From Candidatus Hadarchaeota archaeon (GTDB taxonomy: Archaea > CAYQAE01 > CAYVLA01): a DNA stretch of 64,000 nt. The translations under genes were made by a program, and so were the position numbers. The DNA lies in the NCBI GenBank assembly GCA_964621445.1, contig CAZUNO010000003.1:64001-128000 (forward strand). The letters run 5' to 3'. A model generated the notes under the pieces. The model had not been told where the DNA came from. It saw only the letters and a list, made by a program, of their open reading frames with translations, and did not search any database. Shown here piece after piece: positions 18,050-28,387 of the stretch (position 1 is the first letter of the stretch; the number at the start of each line of letters is the position of its first letter).

Positions 18050-19450
18050 CTAATTACTTGCTTTCTTAGTTACTTGCTTTTTTCTATCAAGAGGATAATC
18101 ACCGGTTAGGCAGGCCATGCATAAATTCTCTCTGTCCAGGCCTATTGCCTCCACCAGTCCATCGATACTAATATAGCCCAGGGAATCGGCGCCAAGTTTT
18201 TCCCTGATTTCTTCGGTCGAGCGATTGGAGGCCAGCAATTCCTCCCTGGTGGCCATGTCCACTCCCATGTAACATGGCCACTTCAAGGGCGGACAGCCTA
18301 TCCTAACGTGCACCTCGGATGCCTTGCCCCTCGATCTCAATATCCGTACGATCTCCCTTGTGGTGGTCCCCCTAACGATACTGTCATCCATCAACACCAC
18401 CCTCTTTCCCTCGGTTAGCGGCCTAACGGCATTCATCTTAAGCCTGACCGCCTCCTCTCTCATGGATTGCTGGGGCATGATGAATGTCCTCCCGATATAC
18501 CTATTCTTATAGAGGCCCTCCACCGCAGGTATACCGGACTCCTTTGAGAACCCATGTGCCGCAGTCCTCGCCGAGTCCGGCACCGGCACCACTATATCGG
18601 CCTCCACCGGATGTTCCCTTGCCAGGACCCGTCCAATACGCTCCCTAGCTTGAAGAACATACCGTCCGTCAATTACGGAGTCTGGACGGGCGAAATACAC
18701 ATATTCAAACATGCAGTGTGCTTCACTGGTCACGTCGAAGGGCATTATGGTCCTGATTCCATCCTCACTGAATAGAACCACCTCCCCAGGCTTCACATCC
18801 CTTTCAAATCGGCCGCCAGCCGACTCAATTCCCACCGACTCTGATGCGATAAAGTGGGCATCCTCCGAACAACCTATGCAAAGTGGCCTGAACCCAAGAG
18901 GGTCCCTGACCGCCGCCAGCTCACCCCTGCCGGTGAGGATCACCAGGGAATAGGCACCCTGTATCTTCTTCATGGTCTCTACAATGGCGGTCTCAAAATC
19001 GTGTTCGATTAGCTCAATGGCCAACACGTGGGCTATTACCTCGGTATCCGTGGAGGAGGTGAATACATGACCCTGGCGGGAAAGGTCGGCCTTAAGCTGG
19101 TCGTAATTGACGAGATTGCCATTATGAGCTATCGCTATTCCATTCCTGGTGCCACTTATGAGGAATGGATGTGAGTTCTCAGCCGTGGAGCCTCCGGTGG
19201 TCGAGTATCTGTTGTGCCCAATACCGTAGGGCCCGAACAGGCCCTGGAGATCGCCGTTATCGAATACCTCCCTCACCAGACCCAGCTCTCTGTGAATTCG
19301 GAGACCCTCATTATCATAGGTGCATATACCAGAGGCCTCCTGACCTCTGTGTTGGAGAGAGAGAAGCCCGTAGTAGATCGACTTGGCTACCATGGTTCTG
19401 TTATTTCGTGAGTAGGCAGCAAATACTGCACATTTCTCCTTTGGAGACAA
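18050..19450 (-). CDS. purF: Amidophosphoribosyltransferase
   Basis: EKCAVF Ntn Cys, LQHRGQE, GHNRYST, DDSIVRGTT, CMACLTGDYP. Confidence 0.96.
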   Translation of the reverse strand: MSPKEKCAVFAAYSRNNRTMVAKSIYYGLLSLQHRGQEASGICTYDNEGLRIHRELGLVREVFDNGDLQGLFGPYGIGHNRYSTTGGSTAENSHPFLISGTRNGIAIAHNGNLVNYDQLKADLSRQGHVFTSSTDTEVIAHVLAIELIEHDFETAIVETMKKIQGAYSLVILTGRGELAAVRDPLGFRPLCIGCSEDAHFIASESVGIESAGGRFERDVKPGEVVLFSEDGIRTIMPFDVTSEAHCMFEYVYFARPDSVIDGRYVLQARERIGRVLAREHPVEADIVVPVPDSARTAAHGFSKESGIPAVEGLYKNRYIGRTFIMPQQSMREEAVRLKMNAVRPLTEGKRVVLMDDSIVRGTTTREIVRILRSRGKASEVHVRIGCPPLKWPCYMGVDMATREELLASNRSTEEIREKLGADSLGYISIDGLVEAIGLDRENLCMACLTGDYPLDRKKQVTKKASN

Positions 19451-19548
19451 GGTCTTCTTCCCGTTAAAACTGCTTGATGCTATGCCCTTTGAAATTCTAA
19501 TAAATCCTACTTCGATAGTAAATCTCCTCGGTAATAGTTAATAGACTT

Positions 19549-20094
19549 TTGATTCGCATCAGAGGTGTGGATCCCTGCTTCTTGGATATAGAGACCACAT
19601 CCCTTTTTGCGGATATAGGGATGCTGGTCTGTGGTTTACTTCGTGAAAAGGAAGTTGAAAGTGCCTTATTCGTTCCTTCCCCCGAAAATGAAAAGGCGGT
19701 AATCGAACAGATTCTGGAAAGGATATCCAAATGTTCCCTAATAGTCACCTTTAATGGAAGGTCATTCGACCTGCCATTTCTCCACTCCAGAGCTATGATC
19801 CTAGGAATAGAAAATATCCCGTGCTTTATGGGTCATCATCTTGACGTCTATGAGCAGTTCAAGAAGAGAATGCGTTTCAGCAAGCTTAGTCTTTCGCACC
19901 TTTCACGCGTGCTCGGTCACCAGACGGATGACCAGTCGAGTGGGAGGGAGATACCTCTCCTTTACCTTCAGTATCTGGCCAGTGGTAATCCAGAGCTCAA
20001 ATCCAGAATACTCGAACACTGCTCATCGGATGTCGATCTGCTCGAAGAACTGTACGCCGATTTAAGGAGCGTTATGGACAAGGAGGATCATTAG
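19549..20094 (+). CDS. RNase H-like (YprB/DnaQ-type) 3'-5' exonuclease
   Basis: FLDIETTSL, VTFNGRSFDLPFL, HLD, HCSSDV. Confidence 0.85.
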   Translation: MIRIRGVDPCFLDIETTSLFADIGMLVCGLLREKEVESALFVPSPENEKAVIEQILERISKCSLIVTFNGRSFDLPFLHSRAMILGIENIPCFMGHHLDVYEQFKKRMRFSKLSLSHLSRVLGHQTDDQSSGREIPLLYLQYLASGNPELKSRILEHCSSDVDLLEELYADLRSVMDKEDH

Positions 20095-20096
20095 AT

Positions 20097-21344
20097 ATGA
20101 GTCTCAATGTAAAAATACACGGAAGTGGAATGGAGGTCGGTCGGTCCTGTTTAACCATCGACGACAGCGTCATGCTCGATTGCGGAATTTTGATGTCAGA
20201 GGAGGCCAATCCGGCGCCCTCGGATTTCTTTCCCAGGATCAAAAGGCCCCTGGATGTGGAGGACATATTCATATCCCACGCCCACCTGGACCATTCGGGA
20301 TTCCTTCCATTCCTAGTCGACGCCGGTTTCGAGGGAAACGTGTACTGCGTGAAACCGACCAAGGACCTGTTGGCAGTATTATTCACCGATGCCATTGGTC
20401 TGGCCAAGGGTCCATGGGGCGACCTCGATAAATCTCTGGTACATCGGGTTATGGATATCCTCACACCGGTGGAATACGGGGACGAGATCCCAATTACCGG
20501 AGGTAGGGCAAAGTTCTTCCAGAACCATCACATATTGGGCTCCGCAATGACCTTGGTGGAGAAGGATGACCGCAAGATCCTATACACCTCGGACTATAAC
20601 GCGGGGCCAACCAGATGTTTCAAGGGCTCAAAGAGCGAGGTCGAAGCCCACGAGGAACTTAGAAACGCTGACGCACTATTCATGGAATCCACCTACGGGG
20701 ATAAGATGAGGGCCCCACGTGAATTGAGGGAGAACTACATGGTTCACGCCGTCACCGAAAACCTGAATCAAGGTAGACGGGTTTTTCTGCCAAGCTTTGC
20801 ACTTGGAAGGGCCCAGGAGCTGGCCAGAATTTTCGTTTCCAAGAGAGAGGAGATCCCCTACACCAATATCCACGTTGACGGGATGATACGAGAGATGAAC
20901 CGGATCCATTCCCGGTACGACCGTTTCATGGATACGGATTTCCCGCTAATATTCAGAGATGTAACCAGGTCGGTTAGAAGCCAGGCCCTAAACGACCCAA
21001 ACGCAATAATCATCACCACCTCGGGCTTTTGTCAGGGAGGACCGATAAGATTTTACCTTGATAACGCCTCGGAGGGCGACACGGTTATTTTCTCAAGTTC
21101 ATACTTCCCCCGGGGATCAATGGCCGACAGGATACATCTCAATCGGGCATATGACGGTTTGCCACTGAACGTGGAGGTAGTTGACCTTTCGGCCCATTCG
21201 AGTCTGAGGGATTCCATGAAAATGGTCAAGATGCTGAATCCCAAGGTCACCTACACCCTGCATGGCGACCCGGTACCCGAAAAATTCCTTGCCTACCAGG
21301 TGGATGGCTACCCCTTGGTAAACTCCCAACGCATTAAGGTCTAG
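20097..21344 (+). CDS. Metallo-beta-lactamase beta-CASP nuclease (aCPSF2-like, no KH domains)
   Basis: EVGRSC, SHAHLDHSG, HILGS, MESTYG, FALGRAQE, LSAH, LHGD. Confidence 0.88.
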   Translation: MSLNVKIHGSGMEVGRSCLTIDDSVMLDCGILMSEEANPAPSDFFPRIKRPLDVEDIFISHAHLDHSGFLPFLVDAGFEGNVYCVKPTKDLLAVLFTDAIGLAKGPWGDLDKSLVHRVMDILTPVEYGDEIPITGGRAKFFQNHHILGSAMTLVEKDDRKILYTSDYNAGPTRCFKGSKSEVEAHEELRNADALFMESTYGDKMRAPRELRENYMVHAVTENLNQGRRVFLPSFALGRAQELARIFVSKREEIPYTNIHVDGMIREMNRIHSRYDRFMDTDFPLIFRDVTRSVRSQALNDPNAIIITTSGFCQGGPIRFYLDNASEGDTVIFSSSYFPRGSMADRIHLNRAYDGLPLNVEVVDLSAHSSLRDSMKMVKMLNPKVTYTLHGDPVPEKFLAYQVDGYPLVNSQRIKV

Positions 21345-23161
21345 CTATCTTCCTGGGCGGCCATTAATTGCATTTCGCATAGCTTTTGGTAAAGCCCTTC
21401 CCTGGCCACAAGCTGTTTGTGGGTCCCTTCCTCCACGATCTCTCCTTCATCCATTACCACTATGCGGTCGGCATTCCTGACCGTGGATAGCCTGTGGGCA
21501 ATTACGATGGATGTCCTATCCTGCAACAATTGCTCAAGGGCGGTCTGAATGACCAGTTCCGTGTAGGGATCGACGCTCGATGTAGCCTCGTCAAGTAATA
21601 AGATAGGGGGATCCACCAGCAAGGCTCTGGCAAAGGAAACCAGCTGTCTCTGCCCCACTGAGATGTTCTCTCCCCTCTCCCTGATCATAGTATCATATCC
21701 CGAGGGCAGGCGTTTGATGAACTGGTGTGCCCCCACCATCTCAGCCGCCTCCTCCACCTCCCGGTCGGATGCATCCGGTTTCCCAAAACGTATGTTATCC
21801 CTGACGGTTCCCGAGAACAGAACCGTGTCCTGTAAAACTATGGCCGTGTTTTCCCTTAGCGAATCCAGGGATAGATCACGGACGTCTATGCCGTCAATCT
21901 TTACCGCTCCTTCATCAACATCATAGAATCTGAGAAGCTGGTTCATTACCGTGCTCTTTCCCGCTCCCGTTGGCCCCACAATGGCCAGTGTCTCGCCAGC
22001 CTCAACGTGTAGGTTGAAGTTCTGAAGAACGTCCTGGTCCCGCACGTAGCCAAAGGTCACGTTATCGAAATCAACCACACCCTGCACCTCCCCTAGCTTT
22101 TTAGGATTCTCGCTCTCCATAACCTCCGGGTTATTATCAAGAAGGGTGAAAATCCTCTCCGCAGCGGCGAAGGCCGATTGCAGGCTGTTATAGAACATGG
22201 TCAGATGCATAATCGGATGGAAGAATTGCATAACGTATGATGTGAACATGACCAATACACCCAACTGGATCTCCTCCGTGATGACCGCCAGGGCCCCGAA
22301 ATAATATAGGATGGTCATGCCGACCGCCCCGATAACCGATATCAGGGGGAAGAACATGGAGAACACCTGTGCAGCGTACACATTGGCCCTCAGATTCTCC
22401 ACATTGGCCTGATCGAAGTCCTCGGCGTTTTTTTCCTCCCTAGTGAAGCTCTGGGCGACTCTTACCCCTGATATCGTCTCCTGTAGGTTTGACATAACAC
22501 CGGCTATCTTTTTTCTGGTTCTCCGGTAGGCCCTTCTGGCGATATTCCTGAAACCCAGAGCCGTCAAAATGAGCATTGGGACGGTAACTAGACAATACAG
22601 GGTAAGACGTACATTTATGCTCAGCATTATGCCAATTATCAAGCCTAGCTTGAGGAAATCGCTCATTCTGCTGACCAGGCCAGTGGCGAGCACTTCGTAC
22701 ATGGTGTCCACATCCGAGGTCACCTTGGACATCAAGGTCCCGGCCTCTGACTTATCGTAAAACTCCTTGGACATCTCCAGCAGGTGTCCGAACATCCTGT
22801 TCCTTATATCCCTCATTATGCTATGTCCCATCCAATTCATCAGATAATGCCTGGCAAGGGAGATCAGGTAGGAAGTGATGGCCAGGGCAACCAAACCACC
22901 GGCCACCCAGGCCAATCCCTCAACAGCCGCCGAGGCCTCGATAACCCCCTCGGCAGCGGGGTTGATGTAGTCATCTATAGCCACCTTGAGGAGATATGGC
23001 TGGACAACTCCAAGGACAGAGCCCGAAGAAACCAGGATGACGGATGCGATGAATCGTTTCTTGTAGTCCATTAGGAAGGACCAGAGCCTGGCCATCAGGG
23101 CACGGTCAGGCATCTCACGTTCAAAGCCCTCATCCTCCATCATGTGGTGATGCCTTCTCAT
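21341..23161 (-). CDS. ABC exporter, TMD+NBD half transporter (heterodimer subunit B)
   Basis: 6 TM segments; GPTGAGKST, degenerate ISVGQ signature, LDEATS. Confidence 0.93.
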   Translation of the reverse strand: MRRHHHMMEDEGFEREMPDRALMARLWSFLMDYKKRFIASVILVSSGSVLGVVQPYLLKVAIDDYINPAAEGVIEASAAVEGLAWVAGGLVALAITSYLISLARHYLMNWMGHSIMRDIRNRMFGHLLEMSKEFYDKSEAGTLMSKVTSDVDTMYEVLATGLVSRMSDFLKLGLIIGIMLSINVRLTLYCLVTVPMLILTALGFRNIARRAYRRTRKKIAGVMSNLQETISGVRVAQSFTREEKNAEDFDQANVENLRANVYAAQVFSMFFPLISVIGAVGMTILYYFGALAVITEEIQLGVLVMFTSYVMQFFHPIMHLTMFYNSLQSAFAAAERIFTLLDNNPEVMESENPKKLGEVQGVVDFDNVTFGYVRDQDVLQNFNLHVEAGETLAIVGPTGAGKSTVMNQLLRFYDVDEGAVKIDGIDVRDLSLDSLRENTAIVLQDTVLFSGTVRDNIRFGKPDASDREVEEAAEMVGAHQFIKRLPSGYDTMIRERGENISVGQRQLVSFARALLVDPPILLLDEATSSVDPYTELVIQTALEQLLQDRTSIVIAHRLSTVRNADRIVVMDEGEIVEEGTHKQLVAREGLYQKLCEMQLMAAQEDS

Positions 23162-24987
23162 CTCAGCACCTCCGCGCCCTTATCAGGTACCTCGCCGGAG
23201 GACTGAGCCTCGTATATCTTCCTGTAAACTCCTCCCTTCTCCAAGAGCTCCTGGTGGGTCCCCTCTTCCGCTATCCTCCCGTCCTCCAATACTATGATGT
23301 GACTTCCCTTCCTCATCATCGACAACCTTTGAGTTATGATGAAGGTTGTGCGGTTCTCCAAAAGGGCGTCCAGGGCTTTCTGGATTTCGTATTCAGTCTC
23401 GGTATCCACGCTCGAAGTGGAGTCGTCCAGGATGAGTATCTTGGGATCCATTAGCAGGGCCCGGGCAATGGCTATCCTCTGCTTCTCTCCTCCCGAAAGG
23501 GTTACGCCCCTCTCTCCCACCTTGGTCTGGTATCCATTGGGCATTGAGCGGATGAATTGATCGGCCTCCGCTATCTTTGCGCAGTGGATGATCTCTTCCA
23601 TGTTGGCGTCGGGCTTTCCGTAGGCGATATTCTCCTTGATGGTGGTTGAGAACAGGAAGGTCTCCTGGGGGACTATCCCTATCTCCTCCCGGATGGACTT
23701 CAGCTTCAGGTCCCGTAGGTCATGCCCATCTATCTTCACCGAACCCGAGTCGGGGTCGTAGAATCTTGGGATTAGTTTAATTACGGTGCTCTTGCCGGAC
23801 CCCGTGGCTCCCAACAAAACCACCGTCTCCCCCGGGTCGATGTCGAAGGATACGTTTTCCAAACTAAGTTGATCCTCCCTATAACCAAAGGATACTTGAT
23901 CGAAGGTCACCCTTCCTTCAACATCCTCAATATCGACGGCATCAGGCTTTTCCTGTACGTCCGATTTGGCATCCATTATCTCGAATACCCTCTTGCCGCC
24001 GGCAATGGCATCCCGGTATAGCCTGGTCATGTTCCCAAGCATTCTAAGTGGGCGGATGAGTCTCGTGAGATACATGGTAAAGGCGACCAGTACACCTACC
24101 TTCAGATTCCCGTTTACGACCTGGTATCCCCCATAGATGATTATAATCGCCATACCGATGGTTGACAGTAGGGAGGTCAAGGGTGAATAAATGGCCCTGA
24201 TACGTGCCAGGGTGATCGACAGGTCGAAGTATGACTCGTTCCTCTCCTTGAATTTCCCTAACTGTTCTTTCTGGTGGCCGAATGCGGTTAACACGTCCGA
24301 TCCGGTTAGGCTCTCCTGGAGAACGGAATTCATTCTGCCAAACATATCCCGGCTTTTATACAGAGGCTCCCTGAGAAGAGAAGAATAGCGCCTCATGGCC
24401 AGCACGATGAGTGGCCCGGTGGAAAAGGCCAACACGGTCAGTACCGGGGCTTTCAGTTCGAATACACAGATGAAGAACACCACCACGAAGCCGATCAGCG
24501 CCTGTGATATCATTCTGAACCCAAAGCTGAGAAAGCGGCGGATTAGATTGACGTCCATGGTGGTTCTGGACATGAGTTGACCGGTCTCGGTTTGGTCAAA
24601 GAAGGCGAATGACTTGGACTGTATGCTTTCGTAAATGTCCTTTCTAAGCTCGTAGATTACCTTCTGGGCCACTATCTCCCCCAGGTAACGCTGGAAAAAG
24701 CCGAATAGACCTGATGCGGCGGTAACCGCCACGATCATGCTCGCTAAAAACAGGACCCTGCTCTGGTCCTCGGTCCTTATGGCATCATCTATTATGGTTC
24801 TCACGTAAAGGGCCGGCATGGCGTCCAGTATGGAAACGGAAACCAGGCAGATGACAACCACGATGGAATATTTCCAGTGTTTTATCCAGTAGCCGAAAAG
24901 CCGTTTGAATATTCCGGTACCTCCCTTTACATCTAGATACTCCTCTTGATTTGTTGAGGTTGGAGGTGGACCTGGTGGACCGGGCAA
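23158..24987 (-). CDS. ABC exporter, TMD+NBD half transporter (heterodimer subunit A)
   Basis: GATGSGKST, LSGGEKQ, degenerate LDDSTS and ITQR (Q replaces H): TM287/288-type asymmetric pair. Confidence 0.93.
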   Translation of the reverse strand: MPGPPGPPPTSTNQEEYLDVKGGTGIFKRLFGYWIKHWKYSIVVVICLVSVSILDAMPALYVRTIIDDAIRTEDQSRVLFLASMIVAVTAASGLFGFFQRYLGEIVAQKVIYELRKDIYESIQSKSFAFFDQTETGQLMSRTTMDVNLIRRFLSFGFRMISQALIGFVVVFFICVFELKAPVLTVLAFSTGPLIVLAMRRYSSLLREPLYKSRDMFGRMNSVLQESLTGSDVLTAFGHQKEQLGKFKERNESYFDLSITLARIRAIYSPLTSLLSTIGMAIIIIYGGYQVVNGNLKVGVLVAFTMYLTRLIRPLRMLGNMTRLYRDAIAGGKRVFEIMDAKSDVQEKPDAVDIEDVEGRVTFDQVSFGYREDQLSLENVSFDIDPGETVVLLGATGSGKSTVIKLIPRFYDPDSGSVKIDGHDLRDLKLKSIREEIGIVPQETFLFSTTIKENIAYGKPDANMEEIIHCAKIAEADQFIRSMPNGYQTKVGERGVTLSGGEKQRIAIARALLMDPKILILDDSTSSVDTETEYEIQKALDALLENRTTFIITQRLSMMRKGSHIIVLEDGRIAEEGTHQELLEKGGVYRKIYEAQSSGEVPDKGAEVLR

Positions 24988-25039
24988 CGATCAATCATTC
25001 CCCTTGCTACTTTCCGAGAGGGATTCTCTATAGTGCGGT

Positions 25040-25067
25040 ATCGAATAGTTCGATTACGATATTATAA
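25040..25067 (-). promoter_or_regulatory. TATA box plus palindromic operator candidate for the ABC exporter pair
   Basis: Minus-strand TTATAATA (25067-25060) followed by the perfect inverted repeat ATCGAA-TAG-TTCGAT (25040-25054). Confidence 0.5.
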
Positions 25068-25079
25068 CTCTTTCCATAA

Positions 25080-25628
25080 TTATGAGCCATTACCCCGTCC
25101 TAATATCAGTTTCACTTTTTCTCGAATTCTGTCCGGCAGAGAATCCCTATTCTGCGGAGTCACGACAACGAGTTCCACATCATCTCTGGACTTGACCTCT
25201 CCCGCAAAACCGGTCGAGGCCCTCTGATGAATTGCAGCCACTACTGGTATAGATAAATCCAGGATCCTCCCCACCTCCTGCCTGAAAACGGGACTTTTCA
25301 TCTCCATGGGCCCTATCTCATCAATCAGGTACAGGTCTACATCCCTACTTAGCGCCTCCTTACTTATCCTCTCCACGTCCCTCAGGTTGACCCCATATCT
25401 CGATATCCTGGGCACATCGGAGGATGCCAGGGACACATGTGATAAGACCCCTCTCTCACCCCTAAGATCGACGATCTCAAACCCCTTTCTCCTTCCTCTT
25501 TCACGGATCTCCGGACAAACGATACCCCCAACCTCAAGCCCCTCCCCTTCCAGCATCTCCGCCGCCCTCTGGAGAACCGTGGTTTTTCCGCAGCCCGGAG
25601 GCCCGGTGATTAACAGATTTACCTTCAT
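25080..25628 (-). CDS. Nucleoside-triphosphatase THEP1 family
   Basis: ITGPPGCGKTT, EIRERGRRKGF, IDEIGPME. Confidence 0.92.
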   Translation of the reverse strand: MKVNLLITGPPGCGKTTVLQRAAEMLEGEGLEVGGIVCPEIRERGRRKGFEIVDLRGERGVLSHVSLASSDVPRISRYGVNLRDVERISKEALSRDVDLYLIDEIGPMEMKSPVFRQEVGRILDLSIPVVAAIHQRASTGFAGEVKSRDDVELVVVTPQNRDSLPDRIREKVKLILGRGNGS

Positions 25629-25707
25629 GCTCCACCTTTATCCACCCTCCTTTTTGCTATTGTGTTAACAGATATTAGCAATGCCAGTGGCCCAAGCGAT
25701 AGGTATC

Positions 25708-26367
25708 ATGATCCTCGGCATCGATGAGAGCGGAAGAGGTCCCGTAATAGGAGACATGGTAATAGCCGGGGTTCTTCTCCCAACCAAGGAATCAGAGCTG
25801 GAATTGGTGAAAAGCGGCGTCAAGGACAGCAAGAAACTCAGTAAGCACAAAAGGGAGGATCTTTTTCCACTCATTCAGGAAATTAGCACCAAGGTGATCA
25901 CCAAGGTCATTAGCGCCAGCCAGGTCGACGAATGGCGTAAGAACAAGGGGAGCCTCAATGACATGGAGGCGAAGTTCTTTTCCCAGGTAATATCAGAGGC
26001 CCCGGCAAGGAGAATCTTCGTCGATTGTTCGGACGTGATCACCGGGACCTTCAGGGAGCGTATGGAACGTTACAAGGGAGGGAATATACAGGGCCTGGTC
26101 TGTCGTCACTTTGCCGATGACACCTTTCCAGTTGTCTCTGCCGCCAGCGTGGTGGCAAAGGTGGTGCGTGACCGAAGAATCTTCCGTCTCAGCCGCTCCT
26201 TCGGCGAGATGGGAAGCGGGTACTGCCACGATCCCCGGACCCTGAGTTTTCTCCAGAACTGGCTTGACGACAATGGCTCCTTTCCGGATTTCGTGCGCAA
26301 GACCTGGTATACGGCCCGCAGACTAAAGGACTCAAGAAACCAGCGGAAGTTAACGGATTGCTTTTGA
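25708..26367 (+). CDS. rnhB: Ribonuclease HII
   Basis: GIDESGRGPVIG, VKDSKKL, SAASVVAKV, GSGY; C-terminal PIP-like QRKLTDCF. Confidence 0.95.
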   Translation: MILGIDESGRGPVIGDMVIAGVLLPTKESELELVKSGVKDSKKLSKHKREDLFPLIQEISTKVITKVISASQVDEWRKNKGSLNDMEAKFFSQVISEAPARRIFVDCSDVITGTFRERMERYKGGNIQGLVCRHFADDTFPVVSAASVVAKVVRDRRIFRLSRSFGEMGSGYCHDPRTLSFLQNWLDDNGSFPDFVRKTWYTARRLKDSRNQRKLTDCF

Positions 26368-26772
26368 TTACAGCTTCCAGAGGTAAATAAATATCGCCGC
26401 TACGATAGCTACCTCGATAACGAAAGGCGTCACCAGGGGATAGAGATTGTAGCCCTGGAAACTCCGCATCTTGTTCTGAAATAGCACCATATAGAATAGG
26501 AAGGCAAATAAAGCGGTGCCAATTATTGATAACACCGAATATTTTAGGTTCCGGGCATAAATACAAAGGAAAGCGAAGAAACCTCCAACCGCCAAGAAGC
26601 CAAGAGTGGCCAGGGCCAGAAGAATCGTCCATACCCAGGTAAGGATGTTCATAAGCCCATCCTCCCCTTCATCATCTTCTTCCTCCGCCAATGCTGGTGA
26701 GATTACTGCTGAAGCGATCAGGATCAAGATGAGGGCAAGATATATGCCGCGCCTTAAGACAGATTTGTTCAC
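26368..26772 (-). CDS. Hypothetical membrane protein with signal peptide
   Basis: Signal-like N-terminus ending PALA, acidic linker, 3 TM segments. Confidence 0.6.
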   Translation of the reverse strand: MNKSVLRRGIYLALILILIASAVISPALAEEEDDEGEDGLMNILTWVWTILLALATLGFLAVGGFFAFLCIYARNLKYSVLSIIGTALFAFLFYMVLFQNKMRSFQGYNLYPLVTPFVIEVAIVAAIFIYLWKL

Positions 26773-26871
26773 TGAATCACCACCGAGCGATCATCGATCT
26801 CTCTTAAAATATATTTCGCATAGCCCAAATGAAACGTATTCAAAAGGGTTTGAGAATTAAGACCCGTTATT

Positions 26872-27426
26872 TCAGGCTTTTTTCTCCCATCTTCTGGTCA
26901 GGAATAGGGAAAAATTGTTTGCCAGAATGTGGAAAGTAATGGGAAATACGATATTCGGCATCATATACTTGAAAAGAAATCCCAGAATTATGCCTATGGC
27001 AAAGGCGTATGCAACCTCCACCAGGGACTCGTATCCTATGTAATGCATCACCCCAAATATTACCGCTGATGGTATAACCCCGACGACGCTAAGGAGAAAC
27101 CCCCGGAAAAAGAGTTCCTCCCCAGTTGCCACAGCTACATTCAGGGCCAAAATATCCCTAGGCTCCAACCTGTTGGCCAGGATCTCCTCCAACCTGTTTC
27201 CATATCCCAGATACCTGGGAAGATAAAGAAATGGGATAATGAAGATAAAAAGAACGGTACCGTACAGAATCGCTATCTCCCAATTCTGGGTAGTGATTCC
27301 CATTGAGGAGGGGTTTCCAGTAAGAACCAGGTAACCCAAGGTTATGCCCGTGAACACCAAGGATTGAACTAGGGTCAGCCTAATGATGTCCTCTCTTTCT
27401 ATGTGTAAATACTCCTCCTCTGGCAT
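26872..27426 (-). CDS. CPBP (Abi/CAAX) intramembrane metalloprotease
   Basis: EELFFRG, FGVMH, HILAN motifs. Confidence 0.9.
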   Translation of the reverse strand: MPEEEYLHIEREDIIRLTLVQSLVFTGITLGYLVLTGNPSSMGITTQNWEIAILYGTVLFIFIIPFLYLPRYLGYGNRLEEILANRLEPRDILALNVAVATGEELFFRGFLLSVVGVIPSAVIFGVMHYIGYESLVEVAYAFAIGIILGFLFKYMMPNIVFPITFHILANNFSLFLTRRWEKKA

Positions 27427-27441
27427 TTGTCAACACTTTTG

Positions 27442-28254
27442 CTATTTTCCGGTTATTCCTCTGATGTAATCCAGGTCATCCCTGGTTCGGGATATTATGT
27501 CCCCAGCTTTTAAGTCGCCGTACTCGCTGTGAAGAGAAATAGGGCCAGAGAAGGCCATGGCTTCCAGGTTCTTGAAAACCTCGGGCCAGGGCACCATGCC
27601 CTGGCTCAAGGGAACATGCCTTACATTCCAGGTTTTTGGTTTCCGGGGACCCCTTTCCCAGATGAAGTCCTTAACGGCAACCATCTTGGTTCTCTCAGAG
27701 AGGAGGTCCATGGATAATTTCCAGCCCGATCGACCTCCCTCCACTACCATGTGCCCCGGATCGATATATGCTCCAATATATTCCGGATCGAGATCCTTGA
27801 GTAGATTGTAAACCAGGCACCCGGTTCCCGAAACGTAATCGCCTGCATGTATGTGGAGTCCTGCCGCCACGCCGTGCTCTTCCGCCAGAGCCTGGATTTC
27901 GGATAAATCTTTTTTTACCACCTTCAGCTGATGTAATAGCTTTCCAAACCCCTCGTACTTCCAGTAGCCCAGCTTCAAATAATCAACCCCGCATCTACCG
28001 GCCGCTTCGAAAATCTGACCTGAAAGGGGGTCAGATGCATCGGTGATCGAGGTGGTGATCATGGGTACCTTTAGGCCGTGGGATTCAAGGATATCCACCG
28101 CTTGCGGGAGAGTTGAAATTGCATCCTGTGGCCGTATATGTCCACCAGGCCTTACGGTTAGGTCAACTCCATCCATTCCCAAGGCAGATACCTCTTTGCC
28201 TAAACGGTCGATTGAGAATGACCCGAGCTTCTTGCTAAACATCACTAGATCCAT
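27442..28254 (-). CDS. Sugar phosphate isomerase/epimerase (xylose isomerase-like TIM barrel)
   Basis: GVDLTVRPGGH, DPGHMVVEGG, AVKDF, SLHSEY. Confidence 0.85.
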   Translation of the reverse strand: MDLVMFSKKLGSFSIDRLGKEVSALGMDGVDLTVRPGGHIRPQDAISTLPQAVDILESHGLKVPMITTSITDASDPLSGQIFEAAGRCGVDYLKLGYWKYEGFGKLLHQLKVVKKDLSEIQALAEEHGVAAGLHIHAGDYVSGTGCLVYNLLKDLDPEYIGAYIDPGHMVVEGGRSGWKLSMDLLSERTKMVAVKDFIWERGPRKPKTWNVRHVPLSQGMVPWPEVFKNLEAMAFSGPISLHSEYGDLKAGDIISRTRDDLDYIRGITGK

Positions 28255-28387
28255 CTAAAGCCTCCTCAGGAGCTCTACTGGGGTAAGATAATGCTTTTTC
28301 CCTTTTCTGATCGGCAAAAGAAAGATAACTCCTCCGCAAATACATTTTTAAGGTATTTGGAAGGCTTCTTGTAGAGGTGTACCTTTA

